Below are positions 17,781 through 27,452 of a stretch of DNA of 64,000 bases, one piece after another (positions within the stretch are counted from its first letter, which is position 1; the number at the start of each line of letters is the position of its first letter). The notes beneath the pieces are model-generated. The model saw only the letters and a list, made by a program, of their open reading frames with translations. It was not told the origin of the DNA and searched no databases. The DNA comes from Planctomycetota bacterium (GTDB lineage: Bacteria > Planctomycetota > MHYJ01 > WSZJ01): contig JBBTCT010000022.1 of assembly GCA_038060895.1 (NCBI GenBank), positions 256,001-320,000 of the forward strand, read 5' to 3'. A program made the translations under genes and the position numbers.

Positions 17781-17809
17781 AGAATACAACAAGACTGGGT
17801 GCGTGTCAA
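17781..17809 (-). promoter_or_regulatory. Sigma70-type promoter antisense to the tRNA pair
   Basis: Minus strand TTGACA (17809-17804), 17 bp, TATTCT (17786-17781), pointing into the tRNA genes. Confidence 0.7.
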
Positions 17810-17841
17810 CTTGCGAAATTGACGCACCGCGCCAACTCTGA

Positions 17842-18795
17842 CTAGCGCTTCACATCCCGCTTTGGCGCTTCCAGAGTGAGGCGTTTTCCTTCGGTGCGCT
17901 GGATCGCGTCGAGCATCTTCGCCCCGTCTGACTTCTTCCGGTTGTTGAACGTCCAGAGGTAGGAATCGAGGTACTTCGGAAGGTAGTCATGCCCAACGCC
18001 GTGGAAGATGCCCACGATGGAAGTCTTGAAGTTGGCGAAGAGGCCCTCAACGCCGTTCGTCGTGACGTCCCCACGGGCGTACTCTTCGATGGAGTGGTTG
18101 ACGGTTTCATGCTTCACCATCATCCGCCCTGGCGTGACGTACAGCTTGGATTCGTCTGAGTGAAGCACCGTCCGCTTGGGATCAACGTTCTTCATTACGA
18201 AGCGGCGGATGTCCCGCGCGTTGGCCTTGGGCGCTGGCTTGACGACGGCACGCGCGGACCCTCCACGCTGAACCAGCGCCAGCACGGTTGACTTCTTCAC
18301 GGCCTTGCCACGGCGCGATCCGCGCCCCTTGTGGCCGAAGTAGGTTTCGTCCGCTTCGATGATCCCGGCGAGTGGTGACTTGTCGGAGTTCTGGAGAGCG
18401 TGGCGCACCCGATGGCAGAGAAACCACGCGGTGCGATAACTGCCGAGTTCAAGGTGCCGCTGGATTGCCAGCGCCGAGATTCCTGTCTTGCTGGACGAAA
18501 TGAGGTAGAAGGCCAGCAGCCACTTGTTGAGCGGGATGTGGCTGTCCTCGAAGATCGTGCCAACGGTGCAAGTGAACTGCTTCCGGCACGCCACGCAGAA
18601 CAGCAGCCCCTTGCGAATCTTCTTCTCCGCGTCTGGCTTGAGCCGGGCGACCTTCTCGCGTTCGGTGCAGCCACAGTGCGGGCAAACGGGGCCAGAGGGC
18701 CAGCGCACCGCTTCGATGTAGTTACGCGCGGCGTCCTCGTCTGGGAAGAGAGAGAAGATGTTCGTCAGGCTCACGGCATCGGGCGTCGGGATCAT
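17842..18795 (-). CDS. IS1595-family (ISXO2-like) DDE transposase
   Basis: Zn ribbon CPHCG..CVAC, GTIFEDSHIPL, IEADETYFG, LHSDE, VNHS, TNGVEG..FK, YLDSY. Confidence 0.95.
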   Translation of the reverse strand: MIPTPDAVSLTNIFSLFPDEDAARNYIEAVRWPSGPVCPHCGCTEREKVARLKPDAEKKIRKGLLFCVACRKQFTCTVGTIFEDSHIPLNKWLLAFYLISSSKTGISALAIQRHLELGSYRTAWFLCHRVRHALQNSDKSPLAGIIEADETYFGHKGRGSRRGKAVKKSTVLALVQRGGSARAVVKPAPKANARDIRRFVMKNVDPKRTVLHSDESKLYVTPGRMMVKHETVNHSIEEYARGDVTTNGVEGLFANFKTSIVGIFHGVGHDYLPKYLDSYLWTFNNRKKSDGAKMLDAIQRTEGKRLTLEAPKRDVKR

Positions 18796-18820
18796 GGGCG
18801 TCTCCTTTGAGTACGCCTAA

Positions 18821-18849
18821 AAGATACTAGATCATGCTTGTTTTGTCAA
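18821..18849 (-). promoter_or_regulatory. Transposase promoter with -35 inside the TIR
   Basis: Minus strand TTGACA-17 bp-TATCTT, then AAGGAG RBS and ATG at 18795. Confidence 0.75.
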
Positions 18850-18923
18850 GTGCATAATCCCGATTTCAAGCTTAACATTATGATATTAAATAAGTTATGA
18901 CACATTGTCTGCAACGGTTCATT

Positions 18924-18939
18924 CGGCACGTGCGTTGCA
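18924..18939 (+). promoter_or_regulatory. Putative sigma54 -24/-12 promoter
   Basis: CGGCACGTGCGTTGCA (GG-N10-GC) preceded by an AT-rich IHF-like tract, upstream of the ORF at 19022. Confidence 0.55.
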
Positions 18940-19021
18940 ATTCAATCTTGACGCGACCTGATCAACGAACGGTTGCGGCCTTCACTTCCCAAACAACAAC
19001 TCACCGATCGGAGAACGACCC

Positions 19022-19561
19022 ATGAGCAACACATTGGACACAACCATCCGGGTTCAGTGGTCCCCGGCCCCCGGCTCCCCCGAAGCCCTTTCTTCCAACC
19101 GCCGTCTCTCGAAGCTCGCCGCTGCGGCGCTTCACTGCGCCTGGCTGTCCTACATCGCGGCGCTCTTCCTTCCTGCCGCTGTCTACACACCCGGCTACCT
19201 GTGCCTGCTCGGGTCGGCCGTTTCGGTGGTGGTTCTCTGCCTGGGCTCGGTCTCCGCGCTCGTTCCCGCGCTTCTGTTCATCCCGAACCTGGCGATGCTC
19301 CTGAGCCCGATGGTCCTGGCGCGGTCCGTGCGTCGCGGCCGCATGATGCAGGTCCTGAGCGGGCTCAGCGTGGCCGGCGCCATCCTGACCGTTTCGTGCG
19401 GCGCGCTGATCTGCTCCCAGGGGCTCGACACCGGCGGCTGCGGCGGCACGGGCGGACGGAACTCCGATCCGGAGATCGGGTTCTTCATGTGGGTCGTGTC
19501 GGCGGTCTTCCTCGCGGCCGGCACGGTCCTCGCCCGCCGGTCGGAAGGCGCCGCGAAGTAA
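19022..19561 (+). CDS. Hypothetical multi-pass membrane protein
   Basis: GGAG RBS; 4-5 hydrophobic segments. Confidence 0.7.
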   Translation: MSNTLDTTIRVQWSPAPGSPEALSSNRRLSKLAAAALHCAWLSYIAALFLPAAVYTPGYLCLLGSAVSVVVLCLGSVSALVPALLFIPNLAMLLSPMVLARSVRRGRMMQVLSGLSVAGAILTVSCGALICSQGLDTGGCGGTGGRNSDPEIGFFMWVVSAVFLAAGTVLARRSEGAAK

Positions 19562-19653
19562 GTCCGGTCTCCTCTCTGCCGAACGGGCCGCGCGATCCCC
19601 ACGGATCCGCGGCCCGTCGCGTTTCCGGCATTCTTCGGGGACAATGCCCCGGA

Positions 19654-20013
19654 ATGGACCAGCTGAACACCGTGCGCGTTCACCTCCTCGAACTTCATCG
19701 CCTCCTCCTCGCCGTCGAGCGCGAGGACTACGAACGCGTCCACGGCCGCGTGACGGGCGCCACCTTCCTGAACGTGCTGACCTCCGACCCGGCGTTCGCA
19801 TGGCTGCGGCCCCTCACGTCGCTGATCCTCACGCTGGACGAGATGCTGGAAGCGGAACTCACCGAGGCCGACCGGGTGGACGGCATCACGCGCATCCGCG
19901 CTTTCCTGGCCCCCGACGAAAACGGGAACGAGTTCCAGAGGAGGTACGCCGACGCGCTTCAGCAGAGCCCGCACGTTCTACTCGCGCACGGGGTGGTGAT
20001 GAAGGCGCTGTAG
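19654..20013 (+). CDS. Hypothetical helical protein
   Basis: MDQLNTVRVHLLELHRLLL..YERVHG..DPAFAWLRPL; strong codon bias; C-terminal part of track ORF 18973..20013. Confidence 0.75.
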   Translation: MDQLNTVRVHLLELHRLLLAVEREDYERVHGRVTGATFLNVLTSDPAFAWLRPLTSLILTLDEMLEAELTEADRVDGITRIRAFLAPDENGNEFQRRYADALQQSPHVLLAHGVVMKAL

Positions 20014-20044
20014 ACCGCCGCCGGGCGCTCCCCCGGCTCACTGT

Positions 20045-20072
20045 AATAGACAATAAAACCATTATGTCTATT
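20045..20072. promoter_or_regulatory. Palindromic operator/promoter of the TA operon
   Basis: AATAGACA-N12-TGTCTATT inverted repeat overlapping TAGACA/TATTCT promoter-like hexamers. Confidence 0.6.
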
Positions 20073-20111
20073 CTGGGCATTATGGTAATTTCCGTCCAGG
20101 AGGTTTCACCC

Positions 20112-20462
20112 ATGACGACAAGTTCCCTGCCGACGCCGACGGGCGAATCCGTTCCCATGACCAGCTTCCCGGCCTCTGCGCTCAAGAACTCCGCTGCGGA
20201 TGTCCTGGAGATGGTCCTGACCTCCGGCGCCGTTGTCATCACCCGACACGGCAAGGAGAAGGCCGTGATCCTGTCCGTCGAAGCCTACCGGCGACTCGTG
20301 GCTTCCCGCCGCGACGACCTGGACGTTCTACGCGCAAAATTCGGCGGGCTGCTAGCCAGAATGCAGACTCCCGCTGCGCGAAAGGGCGCACGGGCCGCCT
20401 TCGACGCTTCGCCGGATGAAATGGGCAAAGCAGCCGTAAAGGCGGCGCGCCGCCGTGGCTGA
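20112..20462 (+). CDS. Phd/YefM-family antitoxin
   Basis: ASALKNSAADVLE..AVVITRHGKEKAVILSVEAY. Confidence 0.85.
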   Translation: MTTSSLPTPTGESVPMTSFPASALKNSAADVLEMVLTSGAVVITRHGKEKAVILSVEAYRRLVASRRDDLDVLRAKFGGLLARMQTPAARKGARAAFDASPDEMGKAAVKAARRRG

Positions 20463-21102
20463 CCGCCGCGCCGTCATCACCGTGCTCGCCGGCACGAATG
20501 GCGCCGGCAAGAGCAGCATTGCAGGAGCCACGATTCGTTCGCGCCAGGCGGACTACTACAACCCTGACGAAGCGGCGCGCGCTCACAAGGAAGCGCATCC
20601 GGAGGCGACTGCCGAAGAAGCGAACGCCGCTGCGTGGGAATTCGGCCGCCGCATGCTCGAAGAGGCCGCTCGTGAGCGGAAGAACTTCGCCTTTGAAACG
20701 ACACTGGGCGGCAACACGATCATGTTTCTTCTTGAGAATGCAGCGAATTCCGGTTTGGACGTGCGGATCTGGTACACCGGACTTGCTTCAGTCGAGTTGC
20801 ACCTCAAACGCGTCCGGCAACGGGTCCGCCTGGGAGGTCACGACATTCCCGAGGAAATGATCCGGCGCCGCTATGAGAACGGGCCCCGGAACCTGATCCG
20901 CCTCATGCCGAAGCTCGCCTCGCTGCGCGTCTACGACAACAGTGCCGCAGGGGATCCCGCCGCGGGAGTGGCTCCGAAACCAGTTCTTGTTCTGCAGATG
21001 GAAAAGGGCCGAATTGCCGGGCCGAAGGATCTGTCCCGGACTTCCGAATGGGCGAAATCGATCGTCGCGCGGGCCATGGAACTTCACTCGGCGCCCAGGT
21101 AG
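20455..21102 (+). CDS. Zeta-toxin-like P-loop protein
   Basis: [39 protein letters not shown]; overlaps the antitoxin gene. Confidence 0.85.
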   Translation: MADRRAVITVLAGTNGAGKSSIAGATIRSRQADYYNPDEAARAHKEAHPEATAEEANAAAWEFGRRMLEEAARERKNFAFETTLGGNTIMFLLENAANSGLDVRIWYTGLASVELHLKRVRQRVRLGGHDIPEEMIRRRYENGPRNLIRLMPKLASLRVYDNSAAGDPAAGVAPKPVLVLQMEKGRIAGPKDLSRTSEWAKSIVARAMELHSAPR

Positions 21103-21163
21103 CGACCCCGCTCGGATCGGCATTGTGCTATCCTCCCGCCCCCTCATTTCCGGAACCACCTTG

Positions 21164-22687
21164 ATGCGTTTCGCAGACCTGCACCTGATCGAGCCTCTTC
21201 TCCGCGCCGTGCACGACGAAGGCTATGTCACGCCCACCCCCATCCAGGAAATGTCGATCCCGCACGTGCTGGAAGGGAAGGACCTGCTCGGCTGCGCCCA
21301 GACCGGCACCGGCAAGACGGCGGCCTTCGCACTTCCGATCCTCCAGCGCCTCCACGCCCAGCCCATCCCGAACCCGCGATACGTGCGCGTGCTGGTGCTC
21401 GCGCCCACGCGCGAGCTGGCGACCCAGATCGGCGATTCGTTCCGGACCTACGGGAAACACCTCGGCTTCCGGCACGTCACCATCTACGGCGGCGTCGGCC
21501 AGAACCCGCAGGCACAGGCGCTTCACCGCGGCGTCGACATCGTCGTCGCCACCCCCGGCCGGCTGCTCGACCTGATGCAGCAGGGGTATGCGAAGCTGAA
21601 CCGGGTGGAAGTGCTGGTGCTCGACGAAGCGGACCGGATGCTGGACATGGGGTTCATCCACGACGTGAAGCGGATCATCGCGGCGATCCCGAAGAAGCGG
21701 CAGACGCTTTTTTACAGCGCGACGCTGCCGCGCGAGATCCAGTCGCTGGCGCACGACATCCTGTCGAGCCCGGTTCGCGTCGAGGTCACGCCCGCGGCGA
21801 CGACGGTCGAGAAAATCGCACAGTCGGTGTGCTTCGTGGACAAGGGAAACAAGTTCACGGTCCTTCAGGGGCTTCTGCGCGACACGAAAATTCAGCGCGC
21901 CCTCATTTTCACGCGCACGAAGCACGGCGCGAACAAGCTCGCCAAGCAGCTCAACCAGGTCGGCGTCCGATCCGACGCCATCCATGGGAACAAGGCGCAG
22001 ACGGCGCGCGAGCGCGCGCTGGCGGACTTCGGGCGAGGCAAGATCCGGGTCCTGGTCGCCACCGACATCGCCGCGCGCGGGATCGACGTCGAGGGCATCA
22101 CGCACGTCTTCAACTACGACCTCCCCAACGTCCCCGACAGCTACGTGCACCGCATCGGGCGCACCGCGCGAGCGGGGGCTTCCGGCGAAGCGATTTCATT
22201 CTGCTCCCCCGAGGAGCGCGGCGAGCTGTCCGACATCGAGCGGCTGATCCGGATGACGCTTCCGACGCGGCCGGGACAGCCGGAACGGCCCGCGGCGGGG
22301 CGGCCGGGCGGCCAATCGGCCGGGCGGGCAGGCGGGCGCAGCTTCGGCTCCTCAGGGCAGATGGGCGGCTCCTCGAATCGCTTCAATCGCCCGGGACAGG
22401 GACATGGAGGCCACGCGCACCGCTCGCAGGGCGCGAAGCCGGCCGGTCACGGCCACTCCGGGTCCCACGGCCACCACACTTCCGGCGGTCACGCCGCTTC
22501 CCACGTCCAGGCAGCCTCCCACGGCTCAACTCCCGCGCACCCGGCTCCGCACTCCCACGCCGCGCCTCACTCGCACGGAGCTCCGCGATCCGCCGGCGGT
22601 TCGCATCAGCACGGCGGCGCGCCGGCTCACGGCCAGGGCCGCTTCGCGGGAAAACTCCGGGGACGGCATCCCCGGAAGGGGCGTTAG
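21164..22687 (+). CDS. rhlE: DEAD-box RNA helicase (RhlE-like) with Gly/His-rich tail
   Basis: [46 protein letters not shown]. Confidence 0.9.
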   Translation: MRFADLHLIEPLLRAVHDEGYVTPTPIQEMSIPHVLEGKDLLGCAQTGTGKTAAFALPILQRLHAQPIPNPRYVRVLVLAPTRELATQIGDSFRTYGKHLGFRHVTIYGGVGQNPQAQALHRGVDIVVATPGRLLDLMQQGYAKLNRVEVLVLDEADRMLDMGFIHDVKRIIAAIPKKRQTLFYSATLPREIQSLAHDILSSPVRVEVTPAATTVEKIAQSVCFVDKGNKFTVLQGLLRDTKIQRALIFTRTKHGANKLAKQLNQVGVRSDAIHGNKAQTARERALADFGRGKIRVLVATDIAARGIDVEGITHVFNYDLPNVPDSYVHRIGRTARAGASGEAISFCSPEERGELSDIERLIRMTLPTRPGQPERPAAGRPGGQSAGRAGGRSFGSSGQMGGSSNRFNRPGQGHGGHAHRSQGAKPAGHGHSGSHGHHTSGGHAASHVQAASHGSTPAHPAPHSHAAPHSHGAPRSAGGSHQHGGAPAHGQGRFAGKLRGRHPRKGR

Positions 22688-22772
22688 CCGGAGTTCGTCC
22701 AGGGAGATCGAACCCGCGGCTCAGCGGTTCGTTGAAGGGGAGGACGCCCGGACGGGCGGCCCAACCCTTCTC

Positions 22773-24233
22773 ATGAGAACACTTCTCAGCCCCTGTCTTG
22801 CCGCGCTTGCGACGGCGGCCTGCTTCGCGATGAACGCGAGCGCCGAAGAGCCCGCTTCCGCCGATGTGTTCATCGAAACGGCCGACGGAACGATGATCGC
22901 GGGCACCTTGCCCTCGGACCTGGCGTTTGTGCTCGCGCGACCGGACGGAGAAACGAAAATCGCCGCGGGTGCGGTGCGCCGGCTGGCGGTGTCGAGCCTT
23001 CGGGAAGCGGAAGCGCTGGAGCTGGAGGCTTCGGTCAAGGGGATCGGAGTGCGGTGGAAGAGCGAGGAATTCGAGGAGCGCGAAGCGGCGACGAAGGAAG
23101 CGTTGAAGCTGCCGGCGGCGGCGGCGGCGTTCCTGTCGCGATTGAGAGCGGACCCGGACGCGGAGGTGGGCGCGCGGGCGCGCGAGGTGCTGGAAGAGAT
23201 CCAGGCGCGCGGAGACCCGGGCGATGCGCGCGACCAGGTATTTGCGGACGGCAAGATCCTGCGGGGCTGGCTGAAGCTCGAGACGTTCACGCTCACGACG
23301 ATGCTGGGGCCGGCCAAGATTTCACTGGCGGACGTGCGCACGCTGCGCCGGGTGGAAGAGCCGGAGCGCCTGCCGCGCGCGACACAGGAGGACGAATGGC
23401 CACCGCCGCCGCCGGACCGGCCCGCGCCGCCGCCGGCGAACGGTTCTATTCAGGTCGCGATGCTTCTGCGAAACGGCTGGCGGCTCGTGGGCGAGTTGGC
23501 GCCGGAGGCTCTTTCTCTCGAAGGAGAGAACGGCGACCTGGTGGCGATGGAGAACCTCGTCCGGCTCGAACGGGCGAAGGACGATCGCAAGTTCTTCCGG
23601 GTGATCCGAAAGGGAAAACCTTCGGTCAGCGCGACGCTGGCGGCAGATGAGGTCGCTCTCGATGCGCTCGTCGGGCGCTGGGCCGTGCCCGCCGACGACA
23701 TCGAGTGGATTGAGTTCGGGCCGCTTCGGCGCAACTCGGGAGCCCTCGTTCAACTCATTGCCGACTTCACCGCGGCGAAGGCCGCCGGCGAAAAACGGCT
23801 GGAGTCGAAGTTCTGGGTCCACATCCGCGACCAGCGTGCCAACCCGTGGGACAGCGCGGGAAAGGTGGGAATGACCTGGTCGCTTCTCGACGTCCAGGGC
23901 GACGCCTGCCTGGTCGGCGTGCACGCGAAGAGCAACGCCTACCAGGGCGATACGTCCGTGGAGGAAGAGCTTCCGATCCTCGCGATCCGCAAAGGGAAGT
24001 TCGCGCCGCCGGAGGGGCTGGACGTCTCGAACGCGTACCGGGGCTGGGCCTCGGGCGAGATCCGGCTGACGCGGCCGGTGCGCGGGACGGCGATGACTTC
24101 GCTGGAAGCGGCGAACAAGCTGGTCGTGGAGGAGTTCGGGGACGGCTGGCGGATGGCGCAGTTCCACGATACGAACAGGACGGGATGGCACTGGTGGGCC
24201 TACTGGGTGGATCCGACCGGGAAAGAGAAGTAG
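22773..24233 (+). CDS. Secreted multidomain hypothetical protein
   Basis: Signal peptide, HEAT-like segment (EREAATKEAL..DPDAEVGARA), Pro linker, Trp-rich C-terminal domain. Confidence 0.7.
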   Translation: MRTLLSPCLAALATAACFAMNASAEEPASADVFIETADGTMIAGTLPSDLAFVLARPDGETKIAAGAVRRLAVSSLREAEALELEASVKGIGVRWKSEEFEEREAATKEALKLPAAAAAFLSRLRADPDAEVGARAREVLEEIQARGDPGDARDQVFADGKILRGWLKLETFTLTTMLGPAKISLADVRTLRRVEEPERLPRATQEDEWPPPPPDRPAPPPANGSIQVAMLLRNGWRLVGELAPEALSLEGENGDLVAMENLVRLERAKDDRKFFRVIRKGKPSVSATLAADEVALDALVGRWAVPADDIEWIEFGPLRRNSGALVQLIADFTAAKAAGEKRLESKFWVHIRDQRANPWDSAGKVGMTWSLLDVQGDACLVGVHAKSNAYQGDTSVEEELPILAIRKGKFAPPEGLDVSNAYRGWASGEIRLTRPVRGTAMTSLEAANKLVVEEFGDGWRMAQFHDTNRTGWHWWAYWVDPTGKEK

Positions 24234-24308
24234 GGAGGAGCGCTCGATCGCGGCCCTCTGTCCGCCGAACAAGCCGGAAAGGAGGTCCCTGCAACTACAC
24301 TCCGTTCC

Positions 24309-27300
24309 ATGAGCGGCGATTCGTCCCTGCAGAACCGCGCCCTTGCCGAGCTGGCCCGCGCCCGCGGGTGGGTGGAGGACGCGGCGCTCGACCGGGCGGT
24401 CTCGGAAGCGGCAGGCGCCGATCTTGGAAACCGGCTGCGGGACGCCGGGCTGATTTCGCAGGGGCAGCTCGAATCGCTTCGCGCCGCCCTCGGCGTGCCT
24501 CTTCAGCCGGGCTCTGATGCGACGGTGGTCCCGGGCGCGGTCGTCGGCGAGGCGTCTGCGGCAGACACCCAGGTCGGGCCTTACCGGATCCTGCGCGAAC
24601 TCGGCCGCGGTGGCATGGGGGTCGTCTACCGCGCGCTCGACCCGAAGCTCGGGCGCGAAGTCGCGCTCAAGGTGCTTCTCGGTGGCGGCATCGCTCCCGA
24701 GGACCAGGTCGAGCGCTTCCGCCGCGAAGCCGCCCTCCTCGCGCGGCTCGGCCGCCATCCGCATCTCGTCGCGGTGCACGACGCGGGGCGCGACGGGGAT
24801 TCGCTGTACTTCACGATGGACCTCGTCGCCGGGAGGTCGCTGCAAAAGCGCCTCGATGACGAAGGCGCTCTTCCTCCCCTCGAAGCCGCGCGCATCGCCG
24901 CGGAGGCCGCTTCGGCCCTGGCGTTCGTGCATGCTGCGGGGGCGGTGCACCGCGACGTGAAGCCCGCGAACGTCCTGCTCGACGCGGAAGGCCGCGCGTA
25001 TCTCACGGATTTCGGGCTGGCGCGGGCGGGGGATTCCGGGCTGACGCTGACGGGGGACGTCTTCGGGACGCCCGCGTTCATGCCGCCGGAACAGGCGGCG
25101 GGGATGGGGAAGTCCGCGACCGCCGCGGCGGACGTCTATTCGTTGGGCGCGACGCTGTACCAGGCGATGACCGGCGCGGCGCCTTTCGCGGGCGAAAGCG
25201 CGGCCGAGATTCTGCGGCAGGTCGTGAGCGAAGAGCCGCAGGCGCCGCGCTCGGTGCGCGCGGCGATCCCCGTCGATCTCGAAGTCATCTGCCTGAAGGC
25301 GATGCGCAAGGAACCTCACCGCCGGTACGGATCGGCTGCGGACATGGAAGCGGACCTGCGGCATTTCATCGCGGGAGAGTCGATCCAGGCGCGCCCGGCC
25401 GGCGCGGCCGAGAGGGCGGCGGGCTGGGCGCGCCGCCATCGCGGCCCCGTCGCGGCGGGAGCGGTGGCGCTTCTGCTCATCGCCGCAGCAGGCGGCGCCG
25501 CCGGCTGGAAGGCGATCACCCAGGCGCGCTCGGACCGCTCGCGGCAGGAAAACGAATCGCGGGCGCGCGCGGAAGCGGCGCCGCTTCTGGCCGAAGGAAG
25601 TTCCCTGATCCGGCAGTCCGACGAGGCCTGGAGGGCGGGCGATCCCTCCCTCCGCGCCGCGATCGCCGCGCGCGCGATCGCGCCGCTTCGCCGCGCCGCC
25701 GGCCTTCTCCCCGGAGACGGCGACATCGCCTGCGAACTCGGCCGCGCGCTCCGGAGGTCCGGGCATCGCGGTGAAGCGCTGGCCGCGCTCGAGCGCGCGC
25801 AGCGGCTGAGCCCCCGGAACTCGCTGGCGTGGTACGAACACGGGGCGACGCTGATGGACCAGCTCGAAGACCAGCGCGGGCGGATCCTGCGCACGGTCAT
25901 TCCCCGCGGAACCTTCAGCATGGAGCAGGACAGCAAAGTTCGCCCCGTCATGGAAGTGTCGCTGGATGAGACGGCCTCGCCCGCCGCGGAGTCGCTGAAA
26001 GCCCGCGCGGCCCAGGATTTCCGCGCGCTGGTCGATCTCGAGCCGGCCGGCGAACGCTCGGCCTACGGGCGGGGGATCCTGCACTTCTTCGAGAAGCGAT
26101 ACGAGGACGGGCTCCGCGAGCTCGACGCCGCGCTGGCCGAGAATCCGTATTTCTTCGAAGCGCGCGAGGCCCGTGCGCAGCTGCTCGACCTCTGGACGAA
26201 GGACCCGCTTCGCGCCCTCGAAGACCGCCGCACGCTCGCAGCGCAGCTTCCGCTCAACCTGCTCGCGCGCCTCGGATACGCCATGTCGCTGGCGGCGGTG
26301 GGGCGCAAGGAGGAAGCGCTCGCCGCGGCCCGCGGCATCGCCGCCGGGTGGCCGGACGACCTCGTCAGTCAGTTCAACGCGGGCGTGATCTGCCTCGCGT
26401 GCGACGACCGCGACAGCGCGAGCCGCTGCGCCGTCCGCGTGCTCGAGCTGGCGGACACGCAGGAAGAGCTGGAGGCCGGCGTCGAGCTCTCGGTCAATTC
26501 CTGCCTTCTCGTGCACGACGTCGCGGCCGCCGACGAAGCCCTGGAGCGCTTCGCGTCGCGCATCGACCCCGATTTCGCCCACCTCTTGCGCGCCATGGTC
26601 CGCCGCGAACAGGGGCGCCACGCCGAGGCCTCCCGCGAACTCCGGGCGATTTCACCGGATGACCCCTACTACCTCATCTGCTCCGACATGCGCGGCTGGG
26701 TCGAGTGGACCTGCGGCAACCTCGACCTCGCCGACAAGGCCTCCTTCGACGGCGCCCGGCGCTTCAGCGAAGGCGGCAGCTTCTGGGTCCGCGGCCTCAT
26801 CCTCATGGACCTCGGCCGCTACCCCGAGGCCGTCGAAAACCTCGACGCAGCCTGCCGCATCACGCCGGACTTCAACGCCTACATCATTCACCTCTCCGGC
26901 GCCCGCTTCCTCAATCGCGACCTCCCCGGCGCTGTCGAAGCGCTGGCGCAGGCGATCGCGACGACGCCCATGCCCGAGTCGGCGCGCAAGACCGCCGACA
27001 GTTACGTCGCCAACCTCCGCAAGCAGGCGGAAGCGGCAAAAACGCCCGCGCAGGAGGGCGCGCTCGTGCAGGGCGTCGCGGGTGCGCTGGCCTTTCTGGG
27101 GGCGCAGGTCGAGGCCCGCTCGGCGACCCGGCAGGCGATCGACATCGGCCTCGCCGGCCTCTGGTACCTGCTCCAGCAATTCTACTTCGACCGAGGGATG
27201 CACAAGGAATCGTCGACGGCCGGCGAAGCGCACCTGAGGATCCAGCGCAACGGGGCGGTCTTGTACAAGCTGGCGCGCTCAAAAGCTTCCGAGGGGAAGA

Positions 27301-27437
27301 CAAAGTCGGCGCTGAAGGCGCTCGCGGAGGCGTTCGAGAAAGGCTTCGACGACGGAAAGCGGCTGGACTCGGAAAAGGCGTTTGACGGAGTGAGGGAGTC
27401 GGGGGATTTCATTGAGCTTCGGAAGCGGTGCCGGTGA
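24309..27437 (+). CDS. Membrane Ser/Thr kinase with TPR repeats
   Basis: GRGGMGVVY, VALK, HRDVKPAN, DFG, PPEQ; one TM helix; TPR region. Confidence 0.92.
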   Translation: MSGDSSLQNRALAELARARGWVEDAALDRAVSEAAGADLGNRLRDAGLISQGQLESLRAALGVPLQPGSDATVVPGAVVGEASAADTQVGPYRILRELGRGGMGVVYRALDPKLGREVALKVLLGGGIAPEDQVERFRREAALLARLGRHPHLVAVHDAGRDGDSLYFTMDLVAGRSLQKRLDDEGALPPLEAARIAAEAASALAFVHAAGAVHRDVKPANVLLDAEGRAYLTDFGLARAGDSGLTLTGDVFGTPAFMPPEQAAGMGKSATAAADVYSLGATLYQAMTGAAPFAGESAAEILRQVVSEEPQAPRSVRAAIPVDLEVICLKAMRKEPHRRYGSAADMEADLRHFIAGESIQARPAGAAERAAGWARRHRGPVAAGAVALLLIAAAGGAAGWKAITQARSDRSRQENESRARAEAAPLLAEGSSLIRQSDEAWRAGDPSLRAAIAARAIAPLRRAAGLLPGDGDIACELGRALRRSGHRGEALAALERAQRLSPRNSLAWYEHGATLMDQLEDQRGRILRTVIPRGTFSMEQDSKVRPVMEVSLDETASPAAESLKARAAQDFRALVDLEPAGERSAYGRGILHFFEKRYEDGLRELDAALAENPYFFEAREARAQLLDLWTKDPLRALEDRRTLAAQLPLNLLARLGYAMSLAAVGRKEEALAAARGIAAGWPDDLVSQFNAGVICLACDDRDSASRCAVRVLELADTQEELEAGVELSVNSCLLVHDVAAADEALERFASRIDPDFAHLLRAMVRREQGRHAEASRELRAISPDDPYYLICSDMRGWVEWTCGNLDLADKASFDGARRFSEGGSFWVRGLILMDLGRYPEAVENLDAACRITPDFNAYIIHLSGARFLNRDLPGAVEALAQAIATTPMPESARKTADSYVANLRKQAEAAKTPAQEGALVQGVAGALAFLGAQVEARSATRQAIDIGLAGLWYLLQQFYFDRGMHKESSTAGEAHLRIQRNGAVLYKLARSKASEGKTKSALKALAEAFEKGFDDGKRLDSEKAFDGVRESGDFIELRKRCR

Positions 27438-27452
27438 TCCGACGCACGACCA

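Larger units (their letters stand above)
16727..18862 (-). mobile_element. Complete IS1595-family element with passenger genes (ISNha5/ISNwi1-like ends), 2136 bp
   Basis: Perfect 21-bp TIRs CGGGATTATGCACTTGACAAA (16727-16747, inverse at 18842-18862); ATTTCAA duplicated at 16720-16726 and 18863-18869; intact transposase inside. Confidence 0.95.

Noticed and set aside
17842-18795. Avoidance of Trp/Pro codons by the IS genes as self-protection
   Set aside because: The transposase has four Trp and many Pro residues; no visible avoidance.
23322-26621. Very long opposite-strand or alternative-frame ORFs (also 3729-5771, 29783-32683, 41557-43536, 59691-61703)
   Set aside because: High-GC shadow ORFs overlapping genes with clear motifs.
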